This document shows positions 17,963-26,486 of a stretch of 28,527 nucleotides of DNA, in pieces. The position numbers were made by a program, and so were the translations under genes. The DNA comes from Holdemanella biformis (GTDB lineage: Bacteria; Pseudomonadota; Alphaproteobacteria; CASFRQ01; SAAU01): NCBI GenBank assembly GCA_963611245.1, contig CAVDQP010000002.1, positions 1 to 28,527 of the forward strand, given 5' to 3'. Each line of letters opens with the position of its first letter. Position 1 is the first letter of the stretch. A model generated the notes under the pieces. It saw only the letters and a program-made list of their open reading frames with translations. It was not told the origin of the DNA and did not search any database.

Positions 17963-18619
17963 TTATCCTTCTTTTTCCATTCGCAACCTGCGTTCTAGTA
18001 AAGTCTCGCCTTGATATTCCCAGTATGATGTTCCTTGTGGTTTATATTTAGAATTACTTAACTTTTGCGCTAGTGCTGACAACGACGTTTCTTTACCTTC
18101 ATATTCAACCGTTCTTTTGTTATCCTTTACAATGCATTTTTTTGTTTCATCATATATATAGGTCAATTCGGCACCAACCGGAATTTTAAGGTTCTTAAAT
18201 GTCATTTTTGTACGGCGCGAAGTTTGCGCGATATCATCCTCTTTTTGTTCTTCCTCAGACGGCACAATGCGTTTCAGATTTTCCAAATTGTTATTTAAGC
18301 TTGCAACCTGTTCTAAAACTGAATAAGCCTTGGAAGGTGATACTTGAAAGAATTCGCGAACTCTCTTTTTACCATGGCCTGTTTCCTCAATAGAATGGAG
18401 CGAATCATCAATCAAATCAAACAGTGCATGTACGCGTTTTTCAATTTCCCTTGGATTTTCAACAGTTAGTGTTGCATACACCCTGAAACTGAGGGGAACG
18501 GCTGTTGAACTGTTTAATTCTTTAAGCCGTTGATTGATATCCTCATTATCTGTAAAGCCGATTTTAACCCAATCAGGCATCGAGGGATTTGTTAAGATAT
18601 ATACAAGACCTTTTTTCAT
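17963..18619 (-). CDS. GIY-YIG (T5orf172-type) nuclease with C-terminal RAMA-like domain; moron
   Basis: GLVYILTN..VKIGFT..RLKEL and REFF motifs; C-terminal YEGKETSLSALA...GTSYW. Confidence 0.8.
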   Translation of the reverse strand: MKKGLVYILTNPSMPDWVKIGFTDNEDINQRLKELNSSTAVPLSFRVYATLTVENPREIEKRVHALFDLIDDSLHSIEETGHGKKRVREFFQVSPSKAYSVLEQVASLNNNLENLKRIVPSEEEQKEDDIAQTSRRTKMTFKNLKIPVGAELTYIYDETKKCIVKDNKRTVEYEGKETSLSALAQKLSNSKYKPQGTSYWEYQGETLLERRLRMEKEG

Positions 18620-18640
18620 TGTGTGCTCCTATTTTCTGAG

Positions 18641-18669
18641 AGTCTATCCCAAAAAATATAAAAAAGCAA
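18641..18669 (-). promoter_or_regulatory. Sigma70-type promoter of the GIY-YIG moron
   Basis: TTGCTT-17 bp-TAGACT. Confidence 0.6.
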
Positions 18670-18685
18670 TACTCTGAAAAAATTT

Positions 18686-18883
18686 TTACTCTACGTTAAA
18701 CCATTCCATGCAGGTGGCAAGCAAGTGGTCGTAATTGCCTGAGGTCGCTTCAGCCTGAAAGGCTTCGCATTCTTCTTGGCTTAGGCTGGCTTGGCGCATA
18801 GCCCGTAAACATATACCTAATATATTAAATGCGTTACCGTCTTTACCGGTCAGATGGACCGTAATATCAGGATATTTTGGCAT
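18686..18883 (-). CDS. Small phage hypothetical protein (DGNAF motif, 65 aa)
   Basis: GGAG RBS before ATG 18883; LTGKDGNAFNILG...SGNYDHLL is a motif recurrent in phage small proteins. Confidence 0.75.
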   Translation of the reverse strand: MPKYPDITVHLTGKDGNAFNILGICLRAMRQASLSQEECEAFQAEATSGNYDHLLATCMEWFNVE

Positions 18884-19238
18884 GCTGTTCCTCCATTTTT
18901 TTAAGTTCGTTAAATACATCAAGGCGGCGGTTAACAGCCTCTTGTGCAACAAAGACCGTTGCACCGCCGTCTTTTAGAGCCACAAAGCAAACCAAGAGGT
19001 CGATGTTTTCTTTTGCCAGCGCATCATGGACCTCATTGAACGTGTGGCTCAGTTCCTCAAGCCGCTTATCTGCTACTTGGCAGTATTTCTTTTTCTTCGG
19101 CTGAGGTTGGGGTTGATAACCATAGTAAATATTTCCAACAGCGATAAGCATGGTATCAACCGCACAGTTGTGTTCGTTAATGGTTCCAGCGGCCTTTTTA
19201 ATTTTGGCCATTAAATCTTCAGGTACTTCTTGATACAT
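18867..19238 (-). CDS. Hypothetical protein
   Basis: GGAGG RBS before ATG 19238; coupled to its neighbours. Confidence 0.65.
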   Translation of the reverse strand: MYQEVPEDLMAKIKKAAGTINEHNCAVDTMLIAVGNIYYGYQPQPQPKKKKYCQVADKRLEELSHTFNEVHDALAKENIDLLVCFVALKDGGATVFVAQEAVNRRLDVFNELKKMEEQHAKIS

Positions 19239-19239
19239 T

Positions 19240-19728
19240 TTAATCCCTCCAAATCGGTAATATGTCACCGCTGTCCAGGTCTGAGCTGTAACCCAAGAGC
19301 TTTTTCATTTCGTCTTGCGAGTGCAGGCTTACGCCACCAATGCATTTAATCGTTACGCCGTAGGTCTTACAGAGCTTGGTTAAATCCTTGGCGAAGTTTT
19401 CATAAGCACGAGGCTTGATGTCCGGGAATGCTTTTGGATCCACAAAATAACGGAATTCCTCAATTAAACGCATTGTACTCATACGCCTTTTAAAGGTAGT
19501 GGCAAATGTTTCTAAATCGCAACTGAGTTCTTCGGCAAACTCGTCTGCGATATGGCGTCCCCAGCGGCTGTCCATCAGACCCAATGTTTGTTGCGGGGTT
19601 AAGCCCTTTGATTGGATAATCTCGGCGGTTTTATCCCAAAAGAGTTGCATATCTTTTTTGCGCTCGATATAGCCTTTTGCCGTTCCCCAAAATCCCCATT
19701 TTTTATTTTGTGTTTTTAATATTTCCAT
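19240..19728 (-). CDS. Hypothetical phage protein (WGFWGT, DSRWGRH motifs)
   Basis: GGAGG RBS; operon context. Confidence 0.7.
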   Translation of the reverse strand: MEILKTQNKKWGFWGTAKGYIERKKDMQLFWDKTAEIIQSKGLTPQQTLGLMDSRWGRHIADEFAEELSCDLETFATTFKRRMSTMRLIEEFRYFVDPKAFPDIKPRAYENFAKDLTKLCKTYGVTIKCIGGVSLHSQDEMKKLLGYSSDLDSGDILPIWRD

Positions 19729-19738
19729 GGCGTCCTCC

Positions 19739-20050
19739 TTATTTAACCTCTAGCCCCAAGTAGCGGCAGTAGTTTGATCCTGACGGGTCAGCGTAAAGTG
19801 TCGGCTGACCGTCTGCTGTTATCTCAATCACCTGGCGGTATTCGTGCTCACTAGAGTAGCCGCCTTTGCCTTTTAAGAAGTCATAATCGTCTAATGGGCT
19901 CTCGCATACTCTTTTATATTCTGCCGGGGTCAGGTTAATGGTTTCGACTACCGCCACACTCTCCAGTCTATCGCTGTTGGTTCTGGTTGTGCTCTTTACT
20001 TCGTTAAGGTCGGAGGGCTTCCTGACCATGTAAGTTTTAACTGTTTTCAT
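19739..20050 (-). CDS. Hypothetical phage protein (RKP...GKGG...DPSGxxYxRY)
   Basis: AAGGA RBS; first gene of a four-gene accessory cassette. Confidence 0.7.
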   Translation of the reverse strand: MKTVKTYMVRKPSDLNEVKSTTRTNSDRLESVAVVETINLTPAEYKRVCESPLDDYDFLKGKGGYSSEHEYRQVIEITADGQPTLYADPSGSNYCRYLGLEVK

Positions 20051-20084
20051 TTTAATATCCTTTCGCTCTTGTATCTTGACATCT

Positions 20085-20125
20085 CAATGAACACTCTTTT
20101 TCAAAGAATTATCCAGTCATTTCTG
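20085..20125 (-). promoter_or_regulatory. 41-bp promoter-like motif, copy A
   Basis: CAGAAATGACTGGATAAT-N12-AGTGTTCATTG; matches 26937-26977. Confidence 0.5.
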
Positions 20126-20172
20126 CATTATAAGTGCTTGTTTTGGCATTATTTTTTACTATTTCGCCAACA

Positions 20173-21384
20173 TCAAAGCAAAACAGCCTTTTTACCAGTC
20201 CAATCTTCCCATCTTTTCACGATAACATCGCAGTATTTTGGGTCCAATTCCATCAGTCTTACGACTCGCCCAGTCTTCTCACAGGCGATTAAAGTCGACC
20301 CAGAACCACCAAAACCGTCCAATACAATGTCGCCAATTTTGGAGCTGTTGTTGATGGCTCGCTCAACCAACTCGACCGGTTTCATGGTCGGGTGCAGATC
20401 GTTGCATTGAGGTTTGTTGTATTCCCAAATGTCGGACTGATTCCTGTCGCCACACCAATAGTGAGGCTTGTCGTTCACCCAGCCGTAGAGGATCGGTTCA
20501 TATTGTCGTTGGTAGTCGGCCCGGCCCAAGGTAAAGGTGTTCTTTGCCCAAATGATAAATGTGGACCATTTGCCGCCTGCTTTCACAAATGCCGAATAAA
20601 GGGTGTGAAGTTCGGAAGAACTCATGCAAACATAAGCGGCACCCTTGCTATACATCAGCATATTGGTGCAGGCATCGTAAAGGAATTGTTCAAAATCCTC
20701 GCCCAGGTTATCGTTCATAATCGTGCGGCCATGGTTCGGACTGGTGTGGTACCGGAGCTTGTCTTTCATCGTAGCACCGTAGTTCACATTATAAGGCGGG
20801 TCCGTAAAGATCATATCAGCAATGTCATCTTGCATTAGTTTTTTAACATCGTCAATCATCGTGGTATCACCACACATCAGGCGATGTTTCCCCAGTTGCC
20901 ATACATCACCGCGTTTTGATACAGGATCTGTCGGTGCTTCCGGAACAATATCGTCTTCGGTATTACCGGTCTCTTGGATTTCGCCGAAATTCTCCAAGGC
21001 CTTTAACTCGTCATCGGTAAAGCCGAGGTTGGACAAGTCAAAGTCTTCGTCCTTCAGCTCGCCAATCTCCAACGCCAACATCTTTTCATCCCAACCAGCG
21101 TTGAGGGCAATCCGATTATCAGCAATAACCAGTGCCCGGCGTTGCGTTTCGGTTAAGTCCGGTAAGACAATGACCGGAACTTCGTTCAGGCCGAGGCGTT
21201 GAGCCGCCAAAAGTCTGCCATGTCCGGCTATGATAACATTATCTGAACCGATCAAGATCGGGTTGGTAAAGCCAAACTCTTTGATACTGGCCATAATCTG
21301 CGCGATTTGTTCATCATTATGCGTCCGACTGTTTCGGGCATACGGAATCAGTTTATCCACCGGAAAGTTTTGTTGAAATTCCAT
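20173..21384 (-). CDS. ParB-N-fused beta-class amino (N6A/N4C) DNA methyltransferase, orphan
   Basis: ParB/Srx-like N-terminus (GFTNPIL, IIAGHGR); DPPY precedes HPTMKP and DGFGGSGS. Confidence 0.95.
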   Translation of the reverse strand: MEFQQNFPVDKLIPYARNSRTHNDEQIAQIMASIKEFGFTNPILIGSDNVIIAGHGRLLAAQRLGLNEVPVIVLPDLTETQRRALVIADNRIALNAGWDEKMLALEIGELKDEDFDLSNLGFTDDELKALENFGEIQETGNTEDDIVPEAPTDPVSKRGDVWQLGKHRLMCGDTTMIDDVKKLMQDDIADMIFTDPPYNVNYGATMKDKLRYHTSPNHGRTIMNDNLGEDFEQFLYDACTNMLMYSKGAAYVCMSSSELHTLYSAFVKAGGKWSTFIIWAKNTFTLGRADYQRQYEPILYGWVNDKPHYWCGDRNQSDIWEYNKPQCNDLHPTMKPVELVERAINNSSKIGDIVLDGFGGSGSTLIACEKTGRVVRLMELDPKYCDVIVKRWEDWTGKKAVLL

Positions 21385-21420
21385 TTTTGCTCCTTAAATT
21401 TGCGTGATAAAACAAAGGGT

Positions 21421-21587
21421 GACCACCCAAAATGACCAGGCGACCACCCAAGATTTTAATGTATTGTTATAACTATTTGATATTGCTATTATTTTAAGCG
21501 ACCACTGACCACCCAAAATTTTTGTGTTTTGCTAGCGAAATGCCGCGGCTTGCGTCCCCGCATACGATCCGAGACCAGGAAGGACCC
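21421..21587 (-). other. Lambda-like cos site (cosQ, cosN, cosB with R repeats and IHF site)
   Basis: GGGTCCT (21587-21581); GCGGGGACGCAAGCCGCGG...TTTCGCTA; three GACCACCCAA repeats (21421, 21442, 21507); TATCAAATAGTTA matches the IHF consensus (21482-21470). Confidence 0.8.
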
Positions 21588-21603
21588 ATGCATTAGGACG
21601 GCG

Positions 21604-22623
21604 TTAGATAAAACCCAGCCCTGCATCTACTAAACCATTGCGACATAACTTCGTAAATATGGGCTTCGTTAAGTCAAGTTCTTCAATGAGTTCGCCCGGA
21701 GTTTTTATAATTGTTAAATTCTCGGAGCTTATGACTCCTTCCTTAATGCATTTAACCGTTGCGCTGGTTAGATTGGGCCGACCAATACAAGAAGACAAAT
21801 AAATAAAGCATTCATCATTATCTTTTAAGTATTCTACTGCAAGCCTGCGTGCATAGATGTTTAAAGTCATGTCAGCCTTGCTTGGGTCCTTGGTCCAAGG
21901 CGAACCGCCACCAATCGGACAGGCGGTAGAGTAAAAATCACACGCCAATTTCCGACCGGTAATACCACAGTCAGCAATAGAAGAATGGCACTGAAATACG
22001 CCGGTTCCATTGACAATAATGTTGTCGGGTATTTCGCCGAGCGTTTGCACAACAAAGACGGTTAAATCTTCCTGTTCTAACATAGGGATGGCAATCACCG
22101 CCGTTTCAATATGACCGTAATCATTCAGAGTTATCTGCGTTTTAATGTCAATACCCAGGTTTTCACTTTTCAAAGCTTTGGCGTACAAAGCATTATTTAA
22201 GATTTTTGCCAAATGAAGTTCACGATTGATTAACGCGCCACCTTTACAGGCATATCCGACAAACACACCTTGGTCACCCCAACCATAAGCAATACCTTGA
22301 TTGATATCTGATGATTGCTGTCCGATAAGGTTGATGACCTTGATTTTGCGAACATCTATCGCATTTTCACCCCATATCTTTGCATAACGTTCATCATATC
22401 CGATCTCTCGCAAAGCCGTTTTGACATACTCCGATAAATGCCCAAGTTCAACTTTACCTTTGATCTCGCCACCTAAAACAACTGTATTGCCTTTTATCAT
22501 AACCTCAACAGCATACTTGACATTGGAAGCCTGTTCAATCATCCGGTCAAGGATATAACTGGAAATGTAATCGGCGGTTTTATCCGGATGGCCAAGCGAA
22601 ACATATTCTGCTGTTTTTTTCAT
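21604..22623 (-). CDS. metK: Phage-encoded divergent S-adenosylmethionine synthetase
   Basis: GHPDK, GWGDQG, DIKTQ, DCGITGRK and GGGSPWTKDPSKAD motifs; GGAGG RBS before ATG 22623. Confidence 0.92.
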   Translation of the reverse strand: MKKTAEYVSLGHPDKTADYISSYILDRMIEQASNVKYAVEVMIKGNTVVLGGEIKGKVELGHLSEYVKTALREIGYDERYAKIWGENAIDVRKIKVINLIGQQSSDINQGIAYGWGDQGVFVGYACKGGALINRELHLAKILNNALYAKALKSENLGIDIKTQITLNDYGHIETAVIAIPMLEQEDLTVFVVQTLGEIPDNIIVNGTGVFQCHSSIADCGITGRKLACDFYSTACPIGGGSPWTKDPSKADMTLNIYARRLAVEYLKDNDECFIYLSSCIGRPNLTSATVKCIKEGVISSENLTIIKTPGELIEELDLTKPIFTKLCRNGLVDAGLGFI

Positions 22624-22642
22624 ATTTTTTCCTCCTGGGTAT

Positions 22643-22704
22643 AAAAAAGCCCACGGTTTTATATCCGCGGGCATTAAAAAGGAGTGGATTTTATATTCCA
22701 CTCC
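22643..22704 (-). terminator. Tandem terminator-like hairpins with identical ATATAAAA loops
   Basis: GGAGTGGA-ATATAAAA-TCCACTCC-T5, then GCCCGCGG-ATATAAAA-CCGTGGGC-T6. Confidence 0.8.
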
Positions 22705-22706
22705 CG

Positions 22707-22746
22707 ATTATACTTAAAATATACGCCTTTTTTGAAAAAATGTTAA
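22707..22746 (-). promoter_or_regulatory. Putative late promoter with downstream -10-like element
   Basis: TTAACA-17 bp-TATATT, then TATAAT at about -1..+5. Confidence 0.6.
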
Positions 22747-23138
22747 GTCTTTTTATGTTGGCAACATTTTTGCGTGTTTTGTTGCACCGTTAATTTGAAC
22801 AACGCCCGATCATAAATCCGCCAAAGATGAACCCGCGTGCGTCCTAATTCACGGCACAAAAGTTTCCATGGCAAACGATTGGCCCGCTTCCATACAAGAT
22901 TGCGTTCATAAGGCGTTAAAAGTGGTAACCATTTCAACACAACCATTTCCCACAATGTCACTTGCGTCTGTGTCGGGCGAGGCCGCACCAATCGTTTGTC
23001 CATAAAAGCAATCTCTTGCGGCGTATAAATAATTTCGGGCATACTGCACCGATATTTAGATGGCCTCACTGCCGGCATCAATCGCTCTACATACGCCGCC
23101 GTTTCCAAGTCTTGTTTGATTTCTTCAATTGTTTTCAT
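22743..23138 (-). CDS. Putative late-gene regulator (DUF6362-like, sigma region 4-type HTH)
   Basis: WLPLL...ERNLVWKRA...PWKLLCRELG..R..LWR motif; occupies the Q-gene position. Confidence 0.65.
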   Translation of the reverse strand: MKTIEEIKQDLETAAYVERLMPAVRPSKYRCSMPEIIYTPQEIAFMDKRLVRPRPTQTQVTLWEMVVLKWLPLLTPYERNLVWKRANRLPWKLLCRELGRTRVHLWRIYDRALFKLTVQQNTQKCCQHKKT

Positions 23139-23796
23139 TATTCACCACCTTTGTTTTGCTCAAAATATCCCCGGCAATATCCGAGAATGTCTCCATTTTT
23201 TCCGTGGATATATGATTTTCCTTGCACCACCATTTACGAACTGCCTTACGCCAATCAAGGCCGATGAATTTTTTGCCATTCATCCAACCACGATCAGAAT
23301 TCCACTTCACAAATGCAATAGGATCAATTGTGTAGCCACTCTCTTTGCAATAGGCCGATACTTCCTCAACACTCGGAGCATCAACATATCGTGACTTATC
23401 CACAGAATTCTGCTCTTTATTTTTATTATTAATAAAAACATTTCTTATCTCTTCATTTTCATCTCCTTTATCCTTATCAGGTTTTTCGTTTGCCCGATTT
23501 TTGGGTTCTGTAAAAACCTTAAGGTTTTCTTTTTCACGTTTTGGGCGTCCTCCTTTTGAACCGCCAGCCTTGCGTTTTTCACAGATTTCAAAATATTTAC
23601 GATTATTTTCATCAATACCCGATTGCAAAAAATCAAAACGATTTTGAACTTTTTCAGATAAATTTTTTGTGATTTTTCCATAAAGAGCATACTCACAAAG
23701 AGCTTTGATTAACATCGCACATTCACAATTTGAAAAGTTATACACAGAGGCAAGGAACTCCGCTGGATAAAACACAAACGATGTTTTCCTATCCAT
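23125..23796 (-). CDS. Putative phage replication initiator
   Basis: SFVFY N-terminus, KAGGSKGGRPK linker and PSVEEVSAYC..IDPIAF..GW..DWRKAVRKW C-terminus. Confidence 0.6.
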   Translation of the reverse strand: MDRKTSFVFYPAEFLASVYNFSNCECAMLIKALCEYALYGKITKNLSEKVQNRFDFLQSGIDENNRKYFEICEKRKAGGSKGGRPKREKENLKVFTEPKNRANEKPDKDKGDENEEIRNVFINNKNKEQNSVDKSRYVDAPSVEEVSAYCKESGYTIDPIAFVKWNSDRGWMNGKKFIGLDWRKAVRKWWCKENHISTEKMETFSDIAGDILSKTKVVNNENN

Positions 23797-24031
23797 TTTT
23801 TTGCCCTTTCACTGTTTGGATTGTTTTAAGCCGAATAATCCCTTGAACCCACCTCAGGGCCAATACAGCACGGCGATATTCTCTCGTTTTTTGCCTGTTT
23901 TTTAAAGTGTGTATGATTACTTCCTCTTTAAGACTTGTTTCAAACTCACGTAGTTGCTCAAAAGAAAGTTCTACCATACTTTCAGCCGGAATATTTTGGA
24001 TGATTTCATAAACAGTTTTTGTATTCTTCAT
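23789..24031 (-). CDS. Hypothetical protein (80 aa)
   Basis: AAGGAG RBS before ATG 24031. Confidence 0.6.
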   Translation of the reverse strand: MKNTKTVYEIIQNIPAESMVELSFEQLREFETSLKEEVIIHTLKNRQKTREYRRAVLALRWVQGIIRLKTIQTVKGQKNG

Positions 24032-24059
24032 TAGATTTCTCCTTTTGTTTTGGTTGATA

Positions 24060-24101
24060 CAAAAGGTAAAAATCCCAAAGCTCAAAAAATCCGCCGAAAA
24101 A
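24060..24101. repeat. 42-bp direct repeat, copy 1
   Basis: CAAAAGGTAAAAATCCCAAAGCTCAAAAAATCCGCCGAAAAA; 40/42 identical to 27075-27116. Confidence 0.9.
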
Positions 24102-24103
24102 TT

Positions 24104-24619
24104 TTATTTTTTTGGTATTTTTTTCTTTCCTCGTAAAATTTGTTTCTGAATGTCTTGTAAAACAGTATGTGAAATGTGTAATTCTGCTCTGGCTTCTTCG
24201 GCCGTTTTTCCTTCTAACAATAAATCGATGAATTTATTTTGCTTATCCGACAAAAAATTGCGCATTTCTTTTATAGCAATTGTGTTTTCTAACTCGGCCA
24301 GTGAGAAATTTGAAAGAGGTTCAAAACCAGCTTCCTCGCACATACTATTTAATGACCCGGTATTTAAGAAACCCGATTGCATTTGTCGCAACCGGGTTCT
24401 TAAAATTTGTAGAGCCTTTGTTTTTATGGCTATAAACACATAATCATCAGGCATTTCTTTTTTTCGGTAAAATCGATCTAAATAAAAAAGGACTAAATCT
24501 TGAATTAAGTCCTCTCGCTCTTGATAATTAAAAAGTCCTGTTGAATAAATATAACGCAAATGAATTTTGATATACGTCATTACCTTTGGTGGTAATCCAT
24601 CAAATAAATATTGGCCCAT
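24104..24619 (-). CDS. ECF-like RNA polymerase sigma factor / sigma-like activator
   Basis: EREDLIQD (region 2-like) and LSDKQ...LLEGKTAEEARAELHIS (region 4-like); 171 aa. Confidence 0.7.
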   Translation of the reverse strand: MGQYLFDGLPPKVMTYIKIHLRYIYSTGLFNYQEREDLIQDLVLFYLDRFYRKKEMPDDYVFIAIKTKALQILRTRLRQMQSGFLNTGSLNSMCEEAGFEPLSNFSLAELENTIAIKEMRNFLSDKQNKFIDLLLEGKTAEEARAELHISHTVLQDIQKQILRGKKKIPKK

Positions 24620-24768
24620 TTTTGTAACCTTTTGTTAGTGATTAATACAAAAGGCCATATATTCATAAGTTTAGGTTCTTTCAACAATTCATTGAAAATG
24701 GTTTAAAAACTCCAAAATACATATGTAAGTTTTTCTGGGGGAAAGCATATTAAAATATGAGGCAAACT

Positions 24769-26475
24769 TTAAACAAAACCCAACTCTCGTTTTTGTTCTT
24801 CCCACGAGTATGGAAAATGTTCTCTCAATAATCTTCTTAAATTCAAAAGCTTTGGCTGTTTACCGTCGATAATTGCCATAATAATTTCAGGAGCAAGAGT
24901 TGTCAGCCGGATAACTCGGCCCATATAGCCACGATCGATGCTTTCACGTTTTGCTAATTCTGTCACAGATAGGTGTTTTTCTTCCAACATTTGCTTCCAG
25001 TAAAATGCTTGTGTTACAGCGTTAAATAGTTTTTCGTCTCGTTCTGGAGACGTTCTTTCCGAAGAGAGTGGTTCTACAATAATTGTTCGGCCACGCTTCT
25101 GACCAAATTTAACAGGATATCGTAATTCAAGTGTTTGCTTGTTAAATGCAGGATTCTGTTTTATGAAGCCCGTTTCGTATAAAGTCGCCGCAAAAGGGTT
25201 TAATTTAATTTCAATATGTTCGTGGCAAACAATGACTTTTTTGACAATTTCAGATATAAAATCACGAACAGTGCCAGGTTCAAAATACTTAAATGCATCA
25301 CCAATATCACTGATAATTTTATGGACATCAGCAGCATTATAATTCAATCGTTGTTTTTCAAACTCTTTTAATAAACTTTGTTGAAGTTCCGGGGCCTGAA
25401 AAACATTTTTTATTTTATCAATCACAAATGCTTCAATTTCACCGGCTGGAATACTTCCAATTTTACAGTGGGCAATTTTTGCTCCTTCCTTGACCGTTTT
25501 TAATGGCGTATAGTACTCATAATATTTATTGCCATGTTTGCTACGGGTGGGCGTCATCGCACCACAACATTCACATTCTATCAATCCTTTTAATAAGGAA
25601 TGTTTGATAACTCGCGATGGCCGAAATGCTTCACCTAAATTTGCTTTACGTATGTTTTTTGTTTCATCCCATAGTTCTTGTGAAATGATTGCCTGGTGCT
25701 GTCCTTCAAATAACTCACCTTTATAGGCAACTTTTCCTAAATAAACGGGATTATTTAAGATATTGCTGATCATAGCATGATTAAAACTTCCGTTTGAAAT
25801 ATCCCGTCCGTTCTTTGTTGTACGTGTTTTCGGTTTATAGCCTTTTGCATTAACATTGCGAACAGTCTGGAATTGCGATTTGGTTCGCTTATAGTCTTCA
25901 AAAATAAAACGCACAATTTCTGCCTCATCTTTATTGATGAGTAATTTTTTATTTTTTGAGTCATATCCAAGAGGAACAGGACCACCAGTCCACATACCTT
26001 TCTTTTTGCTGGCCGCTATTTTATCTCTGACACGTTCGGCTCCAAGCTCTCGTTCGAATTGCGCAAATGATAATAAGATATTGAGAGTTAGTTTACCCAT
26101 GGAATCGCAAGTATTAAAATGTTGTGTAACAGACACAAACGAACAATGATGTTTTTCAAAAGTCTGTACCAATTGGGCAAAGTCAAGTAATGAACGTGTC
26201 AGGCGGTCTATTTTATAAACTACAATCATGTCAACTTTGCCTGCTTCCACATCTGCAATCAATTGCTTCAAGGCTGGTCTTTTTAAGCTGCCTCCGCTAA
26301 AACCACCATCATCATAACGATTTGGAATGGCAACCCAACCTTGGTGCTTCATACTTTTGATATAATTTTCGCCGGCCTCGCGCTGAGCCTCCAAAGTGTT
26401 GAATTCTTTTTCAAGGCCTTCATCGGTAGATTTACGTGTATAAATCGCACATCTGATTGGGTTTAGCTGTTCCAT
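24769..26475 (-). CDS. Large serine recombinase (integrase) with extra C-terminal HTH domain
   Basis: YTRKS catalytic motif, DDGGFSG, DRLTR, NPVYLG, zinc ribbon CECCG. Confidence 0.95.
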   Translation of the reverse strand: MEQLNPIRCAIYTRKSTDEGLEKEFNTLEAQREAGENYIKSMKHQGWVAIPNRYDDGGFSGGSLKRPALKQLIADVEAGKVDMIVVYKIDRLTRSLLDFAQLVQTFEKHHCSFVSVTQHFNTCDSMGKLTLNILLSFAQFERELGAERVRDKIAASKKKGMWTGGPVPLGYDSKNKKLLINKDEAEIVRFIFEDYKRTKSQFQTVRNVNAKGYKPKTRTTKNGRDISNGSFNHAMISNILNNPVYLGKVAYKGELFEGQHQAIISQELWDETKNIRKANLGEAFRPSRVIKHSLLKGLIECECCGAMTPTRSKHGNKYYEYYTPLKTVKEGAKIAHCKIGSIPAGEIEAFVIDKIKNVFQAPELQQSLLKEFEKQRLNYNAADVHKIISDIGDAFKYFEPGTVRDFISEIVKKVIVCHEHIEIKLNPFAATLYETGFIKQNPAFNKQTLELRYPVKFGQKRGRTIIVEPLSSERTSPERDEKLFNAVTQAFYWKQMLEEKHLSVTELAKRESIDRGYMGRVIRLTTLAPEIIMAIIDGKQPKLLNLRRLLREHFPYSWEEQKRELGFV

Positions 26476-26486
26476 TTATTTCTCCT

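Noticed and set aside
22624..22701. 26-aa N-terminal extension of MetK in the ORF track
   Set aside because: It runs through the two hairpins; the GGAGG RBS and MetK homology start at ATG 22623.
22643..22746. SAM riboswitch upstream of metK
   Set aside because: I see no SAM-I, SAM-II or SAM-SAH consensus elements, and the leader is short and fully occupied by two simple hairpins. An Rfam scan would be decisive.
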